From Phoronis australis (Eukaryota; Animalia; Phoronida): DNA of 64,000 nt. The notes beneath the pieces were generated by a model. That model saw nothing but the letters and a program-made list of their open reading frames with translations. It had not been told where the DNA came from and ran no database searches. Shown here one piece after another: positions 1 through 12,192 of the stretch (positions are counted from its first letter, which is position 1; each line of letters opens with the position of its first letter). The position numbers and the translations under genes were made by a program. The DNA lies in assembly GCA_002633005.1 (NCBI GenBank), contig NMRA01000098.1:701186-765185 (forward strand). The letters are read 5' to 3'.

Positions 1-460
1 ATTTCACTCGTTAAATATATTTATGCGAGAATATGGACTCGTCCCTCTTATACCCCCATCTTTCGGACTGGTCCAATAACCCCTTGTGTAGATTCGCATG
101 CGGTCCTCCTGCACTCAAGGCACTAGGACATTCCATTTCCAGCCTCACTATTGGTTCGTTTGTATTACTGCCACGAGTTTGGTCAGCTCCTGGCTCCCAT
201 AGGCTGATAATTGTCACGTGTCATAGGGCTCCTTTGTTCTCAAGAAAGTTATATTTCCTGCCATCTGTACTTCGCTTTGCAGCACTTAGGTTTGAGCTAA
301 TCTCTCTTCATTTTTCCCACCCTCTACCACCCTCTACTTTGGGTAGTTTCTCTTACCTGAGTGCTGGCGCTTTTTATTGCCCATCTTTCCAGAGATTATT
401 ATTTTATCTTTATGTTATTTGTACACTCATATTTCTGTACCTTATCAGTCATAATAAATG
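1..460 (+). mobile_element. Possible 3' end of a decayed LINE
   Basis: The ORF ending ..LLP...HRL...HRA..FSRKLYFLPSVLRF resembles L2/CR1 ORF2 C-termini and is followed by a T-rich tail and AATAAA. Confidence 0.3.
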
Positions 461-2114
461 ACCTTATATCGCCTATACACGGTCTCCTTTGTATCTCTGG
501 AAACGGAGCTTGCGACGCACCTATTATTTTCGGGACATATTCCGAGCATAAAAATGAACACATGGAGCAAATTTGCCACATTCACCTTATGCCACGCTAT
601 TCATAACTTGTATTTTGGTCATTGTCTACTATACCGCAAATCTGCAAAAACGTGGATGTAATAGACTTAGAGTACCGATACAACCGCCTAAGCAAAATTG
701 CCAGAGCTGCGTTTGTTGAGACGACTGTAACGGAAATCTTTTTTCGGTTACCCTCACGTATTTTTGCAGACTTGTATTAGACAAAGACTAAAATACAAAG
801 TAAAGATAAAATGTTCAAGGAAAATTTAAAACAGTGTGACAGTCGAAGTCCCTTAACTATCCAAATTTGTACTTGACGACCTCAGCATTAGAGATAGAAT
901 AATGAGTTTGAACTCTAAACTTCGAGTTTGCACTCATGTTAGTTTAAAGCTAGAGGTCATCAAGGACATCAAGCTCGAATTTCAGTTGGGTGTATTATTT
1001 TATCTATCTAAGTTGACCTGACAACTACAAAGTAACATACACTTATTTGAGCTCATATTTATTTAGAACAGGAAATGTTTAAACTAAGTTGAAGCTCAAG
1101 ATAGATTTTAAAGGTTAGATTTCTGGTCCAGGGTCCAAGATGTAACCTAATTTTATTAGAAATAGAACTTGAAAAAACTTTTGTTGTCATTTTCCGTTCT
1201 ATTTTAATACAACCTCAATAAATCACTAAATAGTTGTTGAGCAGTAAGTTATTTTTTTTACAACCAGTAGGAACATATTTACCCTCGACAGTTTCGACTG
1301 CTATCAGCAGCCATCTTCGAAGTTACTGGACTCTAGGTGGCGTGTTGATGAGGCAGTTCCAAATTTTGGATAACTTAAAATCTCCATCGTCCCCCGTGAA
1401 AAGGGGATCGGCCATGAATAGGAACGATGGAAATTACTTGTTGTGAAAGAAAAAGAAAGTACTACTCATCAACCTCAAGACAGTTGTCTGTTATTCTCCG
1501 CTCGAGTATACGAGTATTGTGATTTACGCAGAATAGCGGTCACTCCAAGTTCGCACTTAATAATTTCAATATCCGAATTACAAACTAGAGTAGAAAATCA
1601 GAACTTCGAGTAAAACTCAAGATTTAGAGTTCAGACTTGAAACCATTATTTTAATTTTGAGTTCACCAAGGGCAAATTTGACTTCAATATAAAGTAGAAC
1701 AAAAAATTACAAAAATATTTTCGAGTCCGATTCTGAGTAAAAAGATTAGAACTGGGCCCATGTGCACTAAATTGTGAGCCCACGAAAGAAATGCCCTCAT
1801 GTGTCCTTTCAGCTGATAGTTGATTGGCCAGTTGATTAACAATCATCATGAGAAAAGTGTTCATCTTTGACAAATCTTGACCAGAAGACTCACGTTCATG
1901 GTCTAAACGCAAGAAAGTAAGACGTTTTAAGTGAGTCAAATTCATTGATTTTGAGGTGAATTGGGTCGATTTTTAAGGGGTCAGTTTTCGCAATGTTTTT
2001 TCTCAATACCAATTATAAGAGACCATTAAGTTATGAAAGCAAGAGTGGTTATAAGAAAGAAACATCTAAAGAAATTTGAAGCCATCTTACAAGAACTCTA
2101 CGCATAATTCCTTA

Positions 2115-4970
2115 TCAGAAACGTGTCTCTGAATGTTCAGGGACATGTGATGCATTCCGTTCGGTTGCAGGATTCTCAGAGAACTTACACTTGGTTTTCA
2201 AAATGCAAACCATTAAGAAGCACACAATCGTAGCGAATACAAAACCAGACACGGCAATAATGATGTATACCGTAACTGGTCTGATACCAACTGTGTCGAC
2301 GATCACTGTCGTATTTGCAATCTTCGTTGTGGTCGCAAGTTCGTTTAGTGCAACTTCTAACAATGTTTCCTTGTATCCAACAACATTCACTGTTACACAT
2401 CTGTATTGTCTTGAGTTTGAAGACTGCTTCATTACCGTAAGTGTAGCTTCGTTCACCAAAAGAGATGCATTTGAGTGCGGTTTGAACATCTCTTCCTTTC
2501 CATCTACATTGATAAATAGGATTGGTGCAGGATCACCATATGACCTGCACGTGATCGCAACGGCTGCAATCCCAAATGTTTGCGTTACCACCGGTACAGA
2601 AGGCTCCTGGCAAGTAAGGTTCAAAGACAAAAACGTTTCCATCGACAGTCCATTCGTGCGCATTGGAGAATTACACGTGGGTATATCGTAGTCCGTCATG
2701 TCTCTAGTATACTGATCTCTGGGGTCATGTCTGGACAGCCATGCCTGCACTCTCACAAAAAGACAATTACAGTGAAGAGGGTTGTTTTGTATCTTAAGTA
2801 AACTCAATGGTTGAATACGTGTAAACAGTTTTTGTAGAACAAACTCGGGAACTGTTCGAAGTTGGTTATTGCGAAGATCAATTTTTCGCAAAGCTTGAGA
2901 ATTGTCAAACGCGTGCTCGTCAATTGTGTAGATATGATTATAGCTCAGATTTAGCGAGATTAAAGATTCCGTTGCAGCAAACATTTTATTATTTACCTCA
3001 CTTAATTTGTTTTTGCTCAGGTCGAGAACACGCAGTGTCTTTAGATGCTGAAAGGAAGTGGAAGGAATATTCCCAGTGGACACGTTGGACAAAGACAGCA
3101 AATGTAACCTCCACAGATTATCAAACGCACCTGCTCTGACCTTAGTCAACGGATTATTTTTCAGTTCCAATGCTAACAGAATAGGGAGTCCTTCAAAACT
3201 GGATTTATCAACTCTCTTTAAGTTATTCGAAGTTAGATTCAATGACATCATCTTCGGTTGAAATTTAAATGTATCAACAGTGACGGAATGGATACTGTTA
3301 AAGTCGAGCCGAAGGCTTCTAAGTGACCTCATTTGCATGAAACTTCCGTTTTCTATATTTTCAATATAATTATTGGATAACCTTAACGTAGTTACCTCTT
3401 CAAGACCTACAAACGCCCTTTTTGTTATGCGTGTAAGTGCGTTCTCGGATAGATCAAGAGTTAAAAGACGCCTTAAATTACGGAAGGGACTGTCACTCAA
3501 GTCCGATACGTTGCAAAAGCTGATAAATAAACTATACGTAAACAGCAGACGACTTAGGAACGATTTTGAAAGCTTAACTCCTCCTAAATTTGCCTTAACT
3601 GTCAAAAACCTAGCCTTTTCGATTAAAGGTGAACTTGTGGGCACAAAATTATTTATTTGAATGGCCAAATCGAAGTCTTTAGTGGTGTTTAACGACGCAT
3701 TATCAGCCACGAAAGAAATTGAATTTTCTCTTAAATCAACCATTTTTATTTCATTAAATCCACTAAAAGTGTTAACCAAAATTTCGTTGACGTAGTTCCC
3801 CTTCAAATTTAATGAATGAAGATGCTTGACGTATGTGAAAACGCCTTCGTCAATATAGGCAATATTATTGTCTTGAAGTTCCAACTTTGTTAAACTCACG
3901 AGACCACGAAAAACCATACCAGTCAAATTTGTCAAGTTATTTCCGTTAAGCAATAATGATACCAAGCTGGCAAGATGGCGAAATGGCATCGTACCCAAAG
4001 AACTAATCTTATTGTTAGATAAGGAAAGGTGTCTCATATTACTCAGCGACGGGCACATGAAAATATCACCGATTGAAGAGAGTCTGTTCCCATCTAAGTG
4101 TACGTTTTCTAGTTGTGACTGACAAAATGAGTTACCGGTTATAATTTCAATGTTGGTTTCTGTCATGACCAGCATCTTCATTTTTGGAAAGATTTCTGTA
4201 GTCCGGATCGTTAGCATCTTGAAATCGTTATTGCTGAGGTTAAGAATTTCAACGTTTGATAGCGCCTTCATATTAATTTTGGAAATTTTATTATGAGATA
4301 AACGTAGAAAAGAGAGTTTCGTCAGGTCATTAAAAATGTGGTTTACACTTGCCAAAGAGTTGCTGTTCAGCAAAAGTTTTGTTAGATTACTTAATTTGGT
4401 GAAAGTCTTGCCAGCAATTACGGTAATGTTGTTATGGGATAAATCTAGAAGATCCAGTTGAGGGATTCCACTGTAAAATGAATGTTCATCTAGAGAAAAT
4501 AGCCGATTCTTAGACACACGTAACGTAGTTAACGCAGATAGGGATTTGAAAGTGTCAAATGGAATATTCCTGAGCTGATTTCCTGTAAGAATTAAACTCT
4601 TTAGACGAGTAAGGCCGCTAAATGTTTCATTTGTAATAGAACGTATGCCATTTTCTTCTAAATGTAAATATTTCAAATTTTCCAGCGGTCGCAGCAGACC
4701 GTTTTGAAGCCATTCCAGTCGGTTTCTCGCTAGATATAATGTTCGGGTGTTGTTCATCCCGTGGAATGCGTCGGGATCTATGAACCTTATGCCACACAAA
4801 GAAAAAGCAATTGTCCGTTGGTGTTGCCATGGTCTCAAGTTAGCAGCTGTCAGGGTCCAGTCTTGCCTGCCAAAATCAAACGAGCATATCTCTTGAGAGA
4901 AGGGTATGGATCCGAAGACTGTAAGAAGGAAACAAATCTCCTTGGAGAGTGGAACTTGAAGATAAGCCAT
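2115..4970 (-). CDS. LRR-Ig single-pass transmembrane receptor (about 25 LRRs, LRRCT, one Ig-like domain, TM helix, short tail), 951 aa, single coding exon
   Basis: Uninterrupted 951-aa ORF with repeated LxxLxLxxNxL motifs, LRRCT NPLHCNC...IPTCNSP...LTC, Ig-like AITCRSYGDPAP...ATLTV...YRCVTVNVVG and TM VTVYIIIAVSGFVFATIVCFLMVCIL. The roughly 27-aa tail ends ETRF. An in-frame TGA just upstream of the ATG and an acceptor-like ctcaccattgtag| at 4995 suggest a 5'-UTR intron. Confidence 0.92.
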   Translation of the reverse strand: MAYLQVPLSKEICFLLTVFGSIPFSQEICSFDFGRQDWTLTAANLRPWQHQRTIAFSLCGIRFIDPDAFHGMNNTRTLYLARNRLEWLQNGLLRPLENLKYLHLEENGIRSITNETFSGLTRLKSLILTGNQLRNIPFDTFKSLSALTTLRVSKNRLFSLDEHSFYSGIPQLDLLDLSHNNITVIAGKTFTKLSNLTKLLLNSNSLASVNHIFNDLTKLSFLRLSHNKISKINMKALSNVEILNLSNNDFKMLTIRTTEIFPKMKMLVMTETNIEIITGNSFCQSQLENVHLDGNRLSSIGDIFMCPSLSNMRHLSLSNNKISSLGTMPFRHLASLVSLLLNGNNLTNLTGMVFRGLVSLTKLELQDNNIAYIDEGVFTYVKHLHSLNLKGNYVNEILVNTFSGFNEIKMVDLRENSISFVADNASLNTTKDFDLAIQINNFVPTSSPLIEKARFLTVKANLGGVKLSKSFLSRLLFTYSLFISFCNVSDLSDSPFRNLRRLLTLDLSENALTRITKRAFVGLEEVTTLRLSNNYIENIENGSFMQMRSLRSLRLDFNSIHSVTVDTFKFQPKMMSLNLTSNNLKRVDKSSFEGLPILLALELKNNPLTKVRAGAFDNLWRLHLLSLSNVSTGNIPSTSFQHLKTLRVLDLSKNKLSEVNNKMFAATESLISLNLSYNHIYTIDEHAFDNSQALRKIDLRNNQLRTVPEFVLQKLFTRIQPLSLLKIQNNPLHCNCLFVRVQAWLSRHDPRDQYTRDMTDYDIPTCNSPMRTNGLSMETFLSLNLTCQEPSVPVVTQTFGIAAVAITCRSYGDPAPILFINVDGKEEMFKPHSNASLLVNEATLTVMKQSSNSRQYRCVTVNVVGYKETLLEVALNELATTTKIANTTVIVDTVGIRPVTVYIIIAVSGFVFATIVCFLMVCILKTKCKFSENPATERNASHVPEHSETRF

Positions 4971-5055
4971 CCGCAGTCAGATATCAAATCGTTCCTACAA
5001 TGGTGAGTTGGATTATAGACGTTACATTTTATGATCACCGGCTTCAGTACTTCTG

Positions 5056-5190
5056 GGCTGGGTTGCATAAAACTGAAAAGTTATCCGCTGTATAAATTTG
5101 ATTGTTTCATAATTCAACAGTAACAACGTAGCGCGTGATAATGCGACGTAATTGTTGCTACACAGCGTATAACTTTCATGTAACTGGGCC
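5056..5190. mobile_element. Small Harbinger-like MITE upstream of the LRR-Ig gene
   Basis: Imperfect TIR of about 30 bp (GGC...GTT.CAT...AAAGTTAT.CGCTGT); CTG/CTG TSD. Confidence 0.65.
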
Positions 5191-5647
5191 CTGATTAAGA
5201 GATAATCGAGGGCTCGTAATTACGAATGAGACTGCTCATGCTTTAAGACCGATATCGTTATATCCATTAATAAATTGGTCTGTAGGTGACATGAACTCCG
5301 TAGAAGTTTTACTCTCGTAATCTTACGCTCGAATTTTTCGCTCTTAATTTAGGCAGTAGATGTTAGACTTAAGTACCAGTCCTTGAGACCACTAGCCATT
5401 AAACTAGTCAGCACGCAGGTCATATTTTCTTCGTGGTGCAAATATTTTGTTATTCAAATGTCTTGAATAAAGAATGAAATCAATGATATTTACCACCAAC
5501 AAAAAGAAATTCCCATATTACCCCCGTACACCGTCTTAAACTTATGTTCACTGCAAGGTCATAGGTCATCTGAACGCACTGTTAAGAGTAAGAGAATGAA
5601 ACTTGGCCTAAATATTGGAAAAACTGGTATTTTGTAAATCCTGAACT

Positions 5648-7225
5648 GGTAGCCAGCCAGCTAGCATCGTCAAAATACAGCTAGGTATGTGCTGAGCTCC
5701 GTTAGAGCCCGAAATTTCACCAAACCTAGGTACTTCTGACCGTCAACTCGTCGTGAAACTTACACATGTAGATCGAGATAACGACCAGCAGGGGCCGGCC
5801 GGGATGCATTCAAAACTTTGGGGGTCAATCGACTCTCACCTCGTTTCTAGTTTCTGCAGTGTATCGGAAGGTTGCCGACCTAATCTTGTGTTGCCATGTT
5901 TTGTGAGATTTGCAGTTTGTCAACTTTTGACTTTGTTTATTATTTGTATGAGAAACTTACCAGGTATCGCTATTTTATATAAATTCGGGTACAGTCTGTT
6001 GTGCTTGTAGATTTTGTTATGAAATGAAGTCGGTTATGGATAACTTTGATTGCAAGGGTGTTTTACGGCGGCCACGTTGTGTCCGTTTGGGTGTGGTACT
6101 ATTTCAATGAAGACCAGATTCAGCTTCACCTAGTGTTTTTTACTATAAGATTAAGTGATCCACTGCTGACACTTAAGTAAAATTGCCCATTTTATATTTC
6201 AGTTAAGTGAGAATCTCTAATCTAGAGACAGACGGAGATATTGATTTATTAAGTGTTTTCTTATTATTGTTTATCCGTGTGCGTTTGCCTAGAATGTGTA
6301 AATTGATTAGTAATAGAGAACAATTGCTAATGAATTGTTTCTCTGGACAGATAATGGTGCAAACTGGTGTAAAACATAATACTGTGTTTTTAAACGGGTG
6401 AATATTGTTTTATTGTTACCGGGTTGAACTTTGCGAATGAATGACGTAATTTTCGCAAACTATCAGCAGTTACATTTTACAATTACATCATAATTTCGAT
6501 CCTGACTCTAGAGTACCCAAGCCAATGGAAATATCAAGTTAACATCGCTGTTTAAAATGATGCACTTCTATAGTATCAATATTTGCTTGTTTAGTGATGA
6601 CGAGTCATGGCAGTAGATGGCGCAGTTTGGCGCAGTTTGGATCCGGAAATAAGGATAGATGTCAAAATGACGTCATGCTAAGCTTTCCTTTATTGGACTC
6701 AGTGAAAGTGTTGCCAACAATTTATGGTGGTAAAATCACAGGTGCTTAAGTACTGCTGACGTTCATCGATGGCTGATTCCCGTAATTATTGCACGTTGTT
6801 AACGATTATAATTTCCAGTTGGCTACATTTGTTTGTTGACAATTTTCAATAATTAAATGTAACTTTTTTATTGACACCGGCATTCAATTTTTATCTGCAA
6901 AACTCAAGCAACTTTTCAATTAGCGATTTTCAAAGTAATCTATTATCTTAACAAGTTGTTATGTCAGTGAATATTTAGTTAACTTCAGATTATTCAATAG
7001 TTTCTCCAAAAATATTTTCAAAACGAAAAAATATATTATTACTTTCAAGTGCCATTGTTGATTAATTTGTTGTGACATGTACACAACCTTGTTGAAGAAG
7101 AACAGTTGATTGAAGAATTGAGGAAAAAAGAGAGTGACCACTAGGTGACGGAATATTTCATGGCGCCGAAAGCCGACGCAAAGGATCGCACAACTTTAGC
7201 AGCAGAATAGCGTAGAACGCCAAAT
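5648..7225. repeat. Dispersed repeat; an inverted, internally shorter homologue lies at about 50355-50945
   Basis: 5648-5845 matches the reverse complement of 50780-50945; 7070-7225 matches the reverse complement of 50355-50515 (e.g. ATATTTCATGGCGCCGAAAGCCG). Confidence 0.7.
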
Positions 7226-9301
7226 TTGTCTAAAATTATCATGTAATAAAACGACATATCACAGCAACTATTTCAAGTAGGAAGATTTATTTTTCAGTAG
7301 GCCTAAACAATGTTTGACAGAAAGTGCAAGAGTGGCGTTTCGATCCCCGGGTGTCATGTCCGATCCCAGCCTTTTATGTTTTAAAGGTCAAGATTCGTCT
7401 TTTTCGGGCTGTTTTGAAGGTGCGAGTCTATTTTCGCCTGTTTTACACCGGGGTTCCTGTCATCTTTACACGAGACGTGCAGGCCATAGCCACTTGAAAA
7501 CTTACCACACGGTGATGAGCGCAGATTTCAAAACGCGGAATTTCAAGATTGCGCCATTTAAAAACTACAAATTTTTTTGTTTAAATACAGTGCTTGAGAC
7601 TGTACATCCATATCAAAACAACAGTATCAGTAATGTTGAAGGAGCCATAGCAAGGAGTTTAGACATATAGGAGAGTTAACTCCGCCATTTTGCCATTCGC
7701 CGCAATGATTACCAGGCGAAACACTAGCGCCCCAAGCGGTGAATAAGCAACACTAACTTAGCAGCGCAGTCCGAACAATGTAAACACTTACAAATTCATA
7801 CTTTAATGACGTTCGACGTGTAATAAAATTACTGTGTGATTGAAAATGGTTAGAATACGTAAAATAACATCCACTTATAATCGAATGAGAATAGAAATGT
7901 GTGTTTTAATCAATATTAAAGTATATTTGTTTTTATTCTCTTGAAGCTCCCTTCAAAAGCCGTGATGGTTTTGTTTCATGTTTGAGTTCTTAACAAGGAA
8001 AATTATCGTTCCTTATAACAGTTCATACCTGCATGGACTATATGATTTGAATGATTGCTCCTGGGGGTTCAGAGTGGAATTTCTCCCTGGTGCCAGCAAA
8101 GGGGCTACCAGGTAAAAACCAGGTGGGCGCTAAATAGCCGGTGTTGACCCTCTCCCAGGTGGGGTTACATGGGAGGAATGCTAAACAGGTAAAAACCAAT
8201 GGGGTATGCCAATGAGTGTTGAGCCCTCAAATCGTCACAAATTTTGGGTTGCTCCCCTGACCACTGACAACGTGTTGCTCTCAGCTCACTGCTGGTATCA
8301 TCTGTTCCCAACAATTTCGCATGTGTTCCCTATTCAATGCATCAGGATACTAGCAATGCAAACAATTGTTTGGTGTAGTGGGTGTTACACGAGTAAGGAG
8401 AAGAAAGCAAGACAATTCATCACTACCACACAATTGTAATCCATTCTGATACACTCACATATAATTTTAGAATACACTCACATATAATTTTAGAACATTC
8501 CATTATTTCTTAGTGACATGCCAATTCAGGGTAAACTCCCCCACTCTTCCACTATAATCACCAATAGTTACAAGTCAATTGCTAATTTGTAGATAGCTCA
8601 CAACTTACAAAACGTAGTAACATTGAGTATCTTCACTCATAACTAGTCAAAGTTCAAAATGCCACGACAAAAAATTTAAGAGGTACTGAACAGCAAGCAA
8701 AATATTCACTACCCATACAACTTCATACAAAACTGAATTAAAAAGACTTAGACGATAAGACCAAAATTTAATTTTATATACCCACTGTTCCTATTATCCA
8801 GAACAGTAAGTTTTTCAGGTACGTTAAAGCCAGACCACAAGATTATATCCGTTACCTAGCCACAACTGGGGCTTAAATTTATCACAGTCTACAAAAACGT
8901 TCAAAAAAGGTAACACATACACCAATACAGCAAGAAAATCTGACCAACTTTCTCACTCTCTATTAATTCACTAGTAAACAATAGCTTTTTTCGCCAAAGA
9001 AGTGCGTTAGAAGTAAAACTGAAAACTTATTTACTCAAAGAGGTGATTGTCATCGAGAAGCAAAATGATACGGAAAGCTTGGGTTTATCAAAATTTCAGC
9101 CCCATTCAGACTCTGAAAAATCCATCGGTTTCAATTTGGCTCGCTCCAAATCACAGTCTAACCATTCATAAAACGTTTCAATCTGATCAACCTTAGTGAA
9201 ATATGAAAATAAGATTTTGACGAATTGTCCTTGCTACACGTGATGTCCCAATACTTGCTTTAAGACGATAATCCGACATGCAAAAAGCCTATTCCAGAGC
9301 C

Positions 9302-9499
9302 TTAGTATACATAATTCCCGGAGAACTTCATTCTTGGTCGATTCCTGACATCAAATACTGTTGGCACTGCATTCCATACCAGCTTGTTCTTCATACCATT
9401 CATGAACATGGACTCCTCGAAGTGACTAGAGCATAACTTGCAGTTCTTGGACAAGTAGGATGCATCTCTATTCATAAGGTCGGCTCCCAGCGCTTACAC
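9302..9499 (-). pseudogene. THAP zinc-finger domain remnant (C-terminal half), probably transposon-derived
   Basis: ttctgtacag|; CKRW / (frameshift) ADLMNRDASYLSKNCKLCSSHFEESMFMNGMKNKLVWNAVPTVFDV, containing the CxxHF motif and the AVPTxF box. Confidence 0.75.
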
Positions 9500-10639
9500 C
9501 TGTACAGAAATCATTGAGAGACTCAGGAACAAACCTCATACTCACCAGGTTCACAGAAGACTGGTAGCCTACACTACACTACACTACAGAAGTCCTGTAG
9601 TACTGTGCTTGTGATAGTGAAAAAACCATGTTGGTGTCAACTAAAAAAACGAGTACTCAAATGTCGATCCACGGATACATGTATTTTAAGGGTCGTTCCC
9701 CCGTATCATTTGCGCATAGAATATGTTTTCATTGACGCACTGCTTAACTTGGGCTACCTTTTCACCGAGACCCACAAGTTCTCCAACTTGACTCATGACA
9801 GACTTGAAGCCCTGTGGCTGTGATTGTGACCGTATCACCAGTCATATTCACCCATGGCCATGGGTATGTTTTCCTAAAATTATCCCTGCGATCGTTCGGG
9901 TGACATTTTGATTTGGAATACATGGACTGCAAAGTATCCAGAATCCTGAAGTTCACATCGTTAATCATAGTCCTTCCGCCGGCAGCCCGGCTGTGCAGTA
10001 GGCCTAGCCTAGTACACTGCAAACAACAGTGCACCAGGACTGCGATCCAACTGTGAACAGAACAAAAAAATGAAAGACAATGTATCATATTATTCAATAA
10101 AAGATAATACTTACCTTTCTGGATCCTTAGGAAACCTAAGAAATGACACGTCTGGGGTCTTTGTGGATGAATCAGTACAATATATTGCACTGCAAAATGC
10201 ACACTTCCCCATTGTTTTGCTGGTTGTTGATTGTTGCTTATTCACCACTTGGCGGCGCTAGTAGTAGCGGTAACAGCGAACTCTCCTGTCGGCGCGTTCC
10301 AAAACGAGGCTAGCTACGATAGCTTTGTTGGCTTATCGGCACAGTTGTATTCCGCGTTGCTCGAACGGCTAGGAAAAATATGGACATTCAACTGCCTGTT
10401 TTACAATCCTTAAGGACGTTGAGATTCGGAAGCGTTGGGTCTGCCATACGCCACGACGAAGGAAAATATGTTTGTGTAAAATTTATAAATGTTTTCGAAA
10501 AGTTAGACCATCTTTTGTCGCATCTAGGCCGCCGAGCATCATAGCTACCGCTATCATATACTATCATATCTGCCAGCTAGCCAGTTGTGTTTTCATGACT
10601 ACGGGTTGAAGCGTGATGCATTTTTCTTTCCAAAAAGGA

Positions 10640-10899
10640 CAGGGCCCTCAATTCCCCGATACTCGGCCCCATTCCCCTCTCAAAAATATTGAAAAAGAAC
10701 GGATATACCCTCACGAGGCCTAAAAATTCCACAGTGATTGAAATTTTCTCTCTACTTGAGACAGAACCTATGAGAGCTTGCAACTGGGTGCTATTGATGG
10801 TGATCGGGAGGTAGATTTTTCCCCTCACTCGGCAAAAAATTCTCCTCTCAGAGGGCACAAGGCACAGGCACATTTCCCCTCAGATGAACGAGGCCCATG
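10640..10899. mobile_element. Old MITE with CA..TG ends and near 5-bp TSD
   Basis: Ends CAGGGCCCTC/GAGGCCCATG; flanks AAGGA/AAGAA. Confidence 0.5.
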
Positions 10900-12059
10900 A
10901 AGAAACATGAAAACTATGCTTGCTCTGTCCAGTTAACTGAAATTGAGCTCTAAAAAGAGGTTATGCTATGGACTACCGAATTAGGTATTGTAGATCCCCT
11001 ACACACAATGCCACCCAAACCAGTCTATGGTCCCAGACTTACCAGGTCCGTTCGCAAAAGATAATTGGGAAATTTTCAAACAAAAAATGGAGGCCAATTG
11101 CACCATATCACAGTTAAGTGCACACCCTCGACCCTATCAAGTGGTTCTGCTATCATATGCTGTGAGTGACGATGGACTTAAGATCTAACAATGGTTTCAG
11201 TTTGAAAGTGAAGAGCCCACCACTGCAGACATAATTGCCAACTTTGATGTCGATGCTTTTGATGTGGGTGACCCGTAACAAAACCTTTACAAGTTTGTCT
11301 TTAATCAGCGGGCAAAATGGTGATGAAGAACAGTTCCTAACTGAGATACGGCTCCTCACCAATTACCCTGCTTAGTCCCAAGTGTCGTCTTGGGCATCAA
11401 AAGTGACAAAGAAACACAGCGACGACTACGGCGTGAGCCAACTTTAACCCTTGAAAAATGCATACCAATCGGTAGACAGCTGAGACTGCAGCTGAACAAG
11501 TGAAGGGCCTCCGGAACCTGTTGTAACACAAGTATCAGTAGAACTGAATACCAGCACACAAACCTTCAGCCACATCGGCGCCAATAGTCTGCAAATGTTG
11601 CGCTTTGTGAAAAGCAGATTGTCTAGCCTGGGGGTAAAACGTGCTCTACCAAAGCAAAGCCATTTTGCGTCGAAATAATGTCCCACTGTTGGTAAGGTTC
11701 ACAACATGGAAGCTAATGAGAGTGACAATGGCTAGCTACTCACTGTTACTGGAGACAAAAAGCCTCACATCACAACCAGTCATGGTAAAAGGAAACCCTG
11801 TACACATTCTACTCTACACTGTAGGACCTGGTGCTGACATCGATATTGTTGGGCAACGATTTGTAGTCTCTGGTGATATTTGACAAAGGACCTCTAATCT
11901 AGTGATGTGACAGGCAAATGCGTAACACCAGTTGGTGAAACCACTCAGTAGGTGTTTAATGAGAGCACAAGGACAAGGGTGGACCCTTGGAATAATTCTG
12001 GAAAAGCTTAGTAACCGCACCTATGTCGTTCAAGGAATGAACAATTGTTCGGATCCTCG

Positions 12060-12179
12060 CGCCATTGCATTGTTATTCGTACGACTGTGTTTGGTGGGAG
12101 TTCTTCCGGTTCCGCCTCGTATTGTCGACTGCGAATTAAACTCGTTAAACTTACCACTCATTGTCTAGTTCGTCTGGCG
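12060..12179 (+). repeat. 5' LTR (120 bp)
   Basis: Direct repeat of 16986-17107; 5-bp terminal inverted repeat CGCCA/TGGCG; followed immediately by the PBS. Confidence 0.88.
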
Positions 12180-12192
12180 TGGTGGTAGCGAC

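Noticed and set aside
2191-3660. Plus-strand ORFs (166 aa, 95 aa and others) overlapping the LRR gene
   Set aside because: Antisense shadows of the real minus-strand CDS, with no recognisable motifs
8500-8930. Possible second LINE 3' fragment (YIRYLA..., KTFKK)
   Set aside because: Too degenerate to call without an alignment
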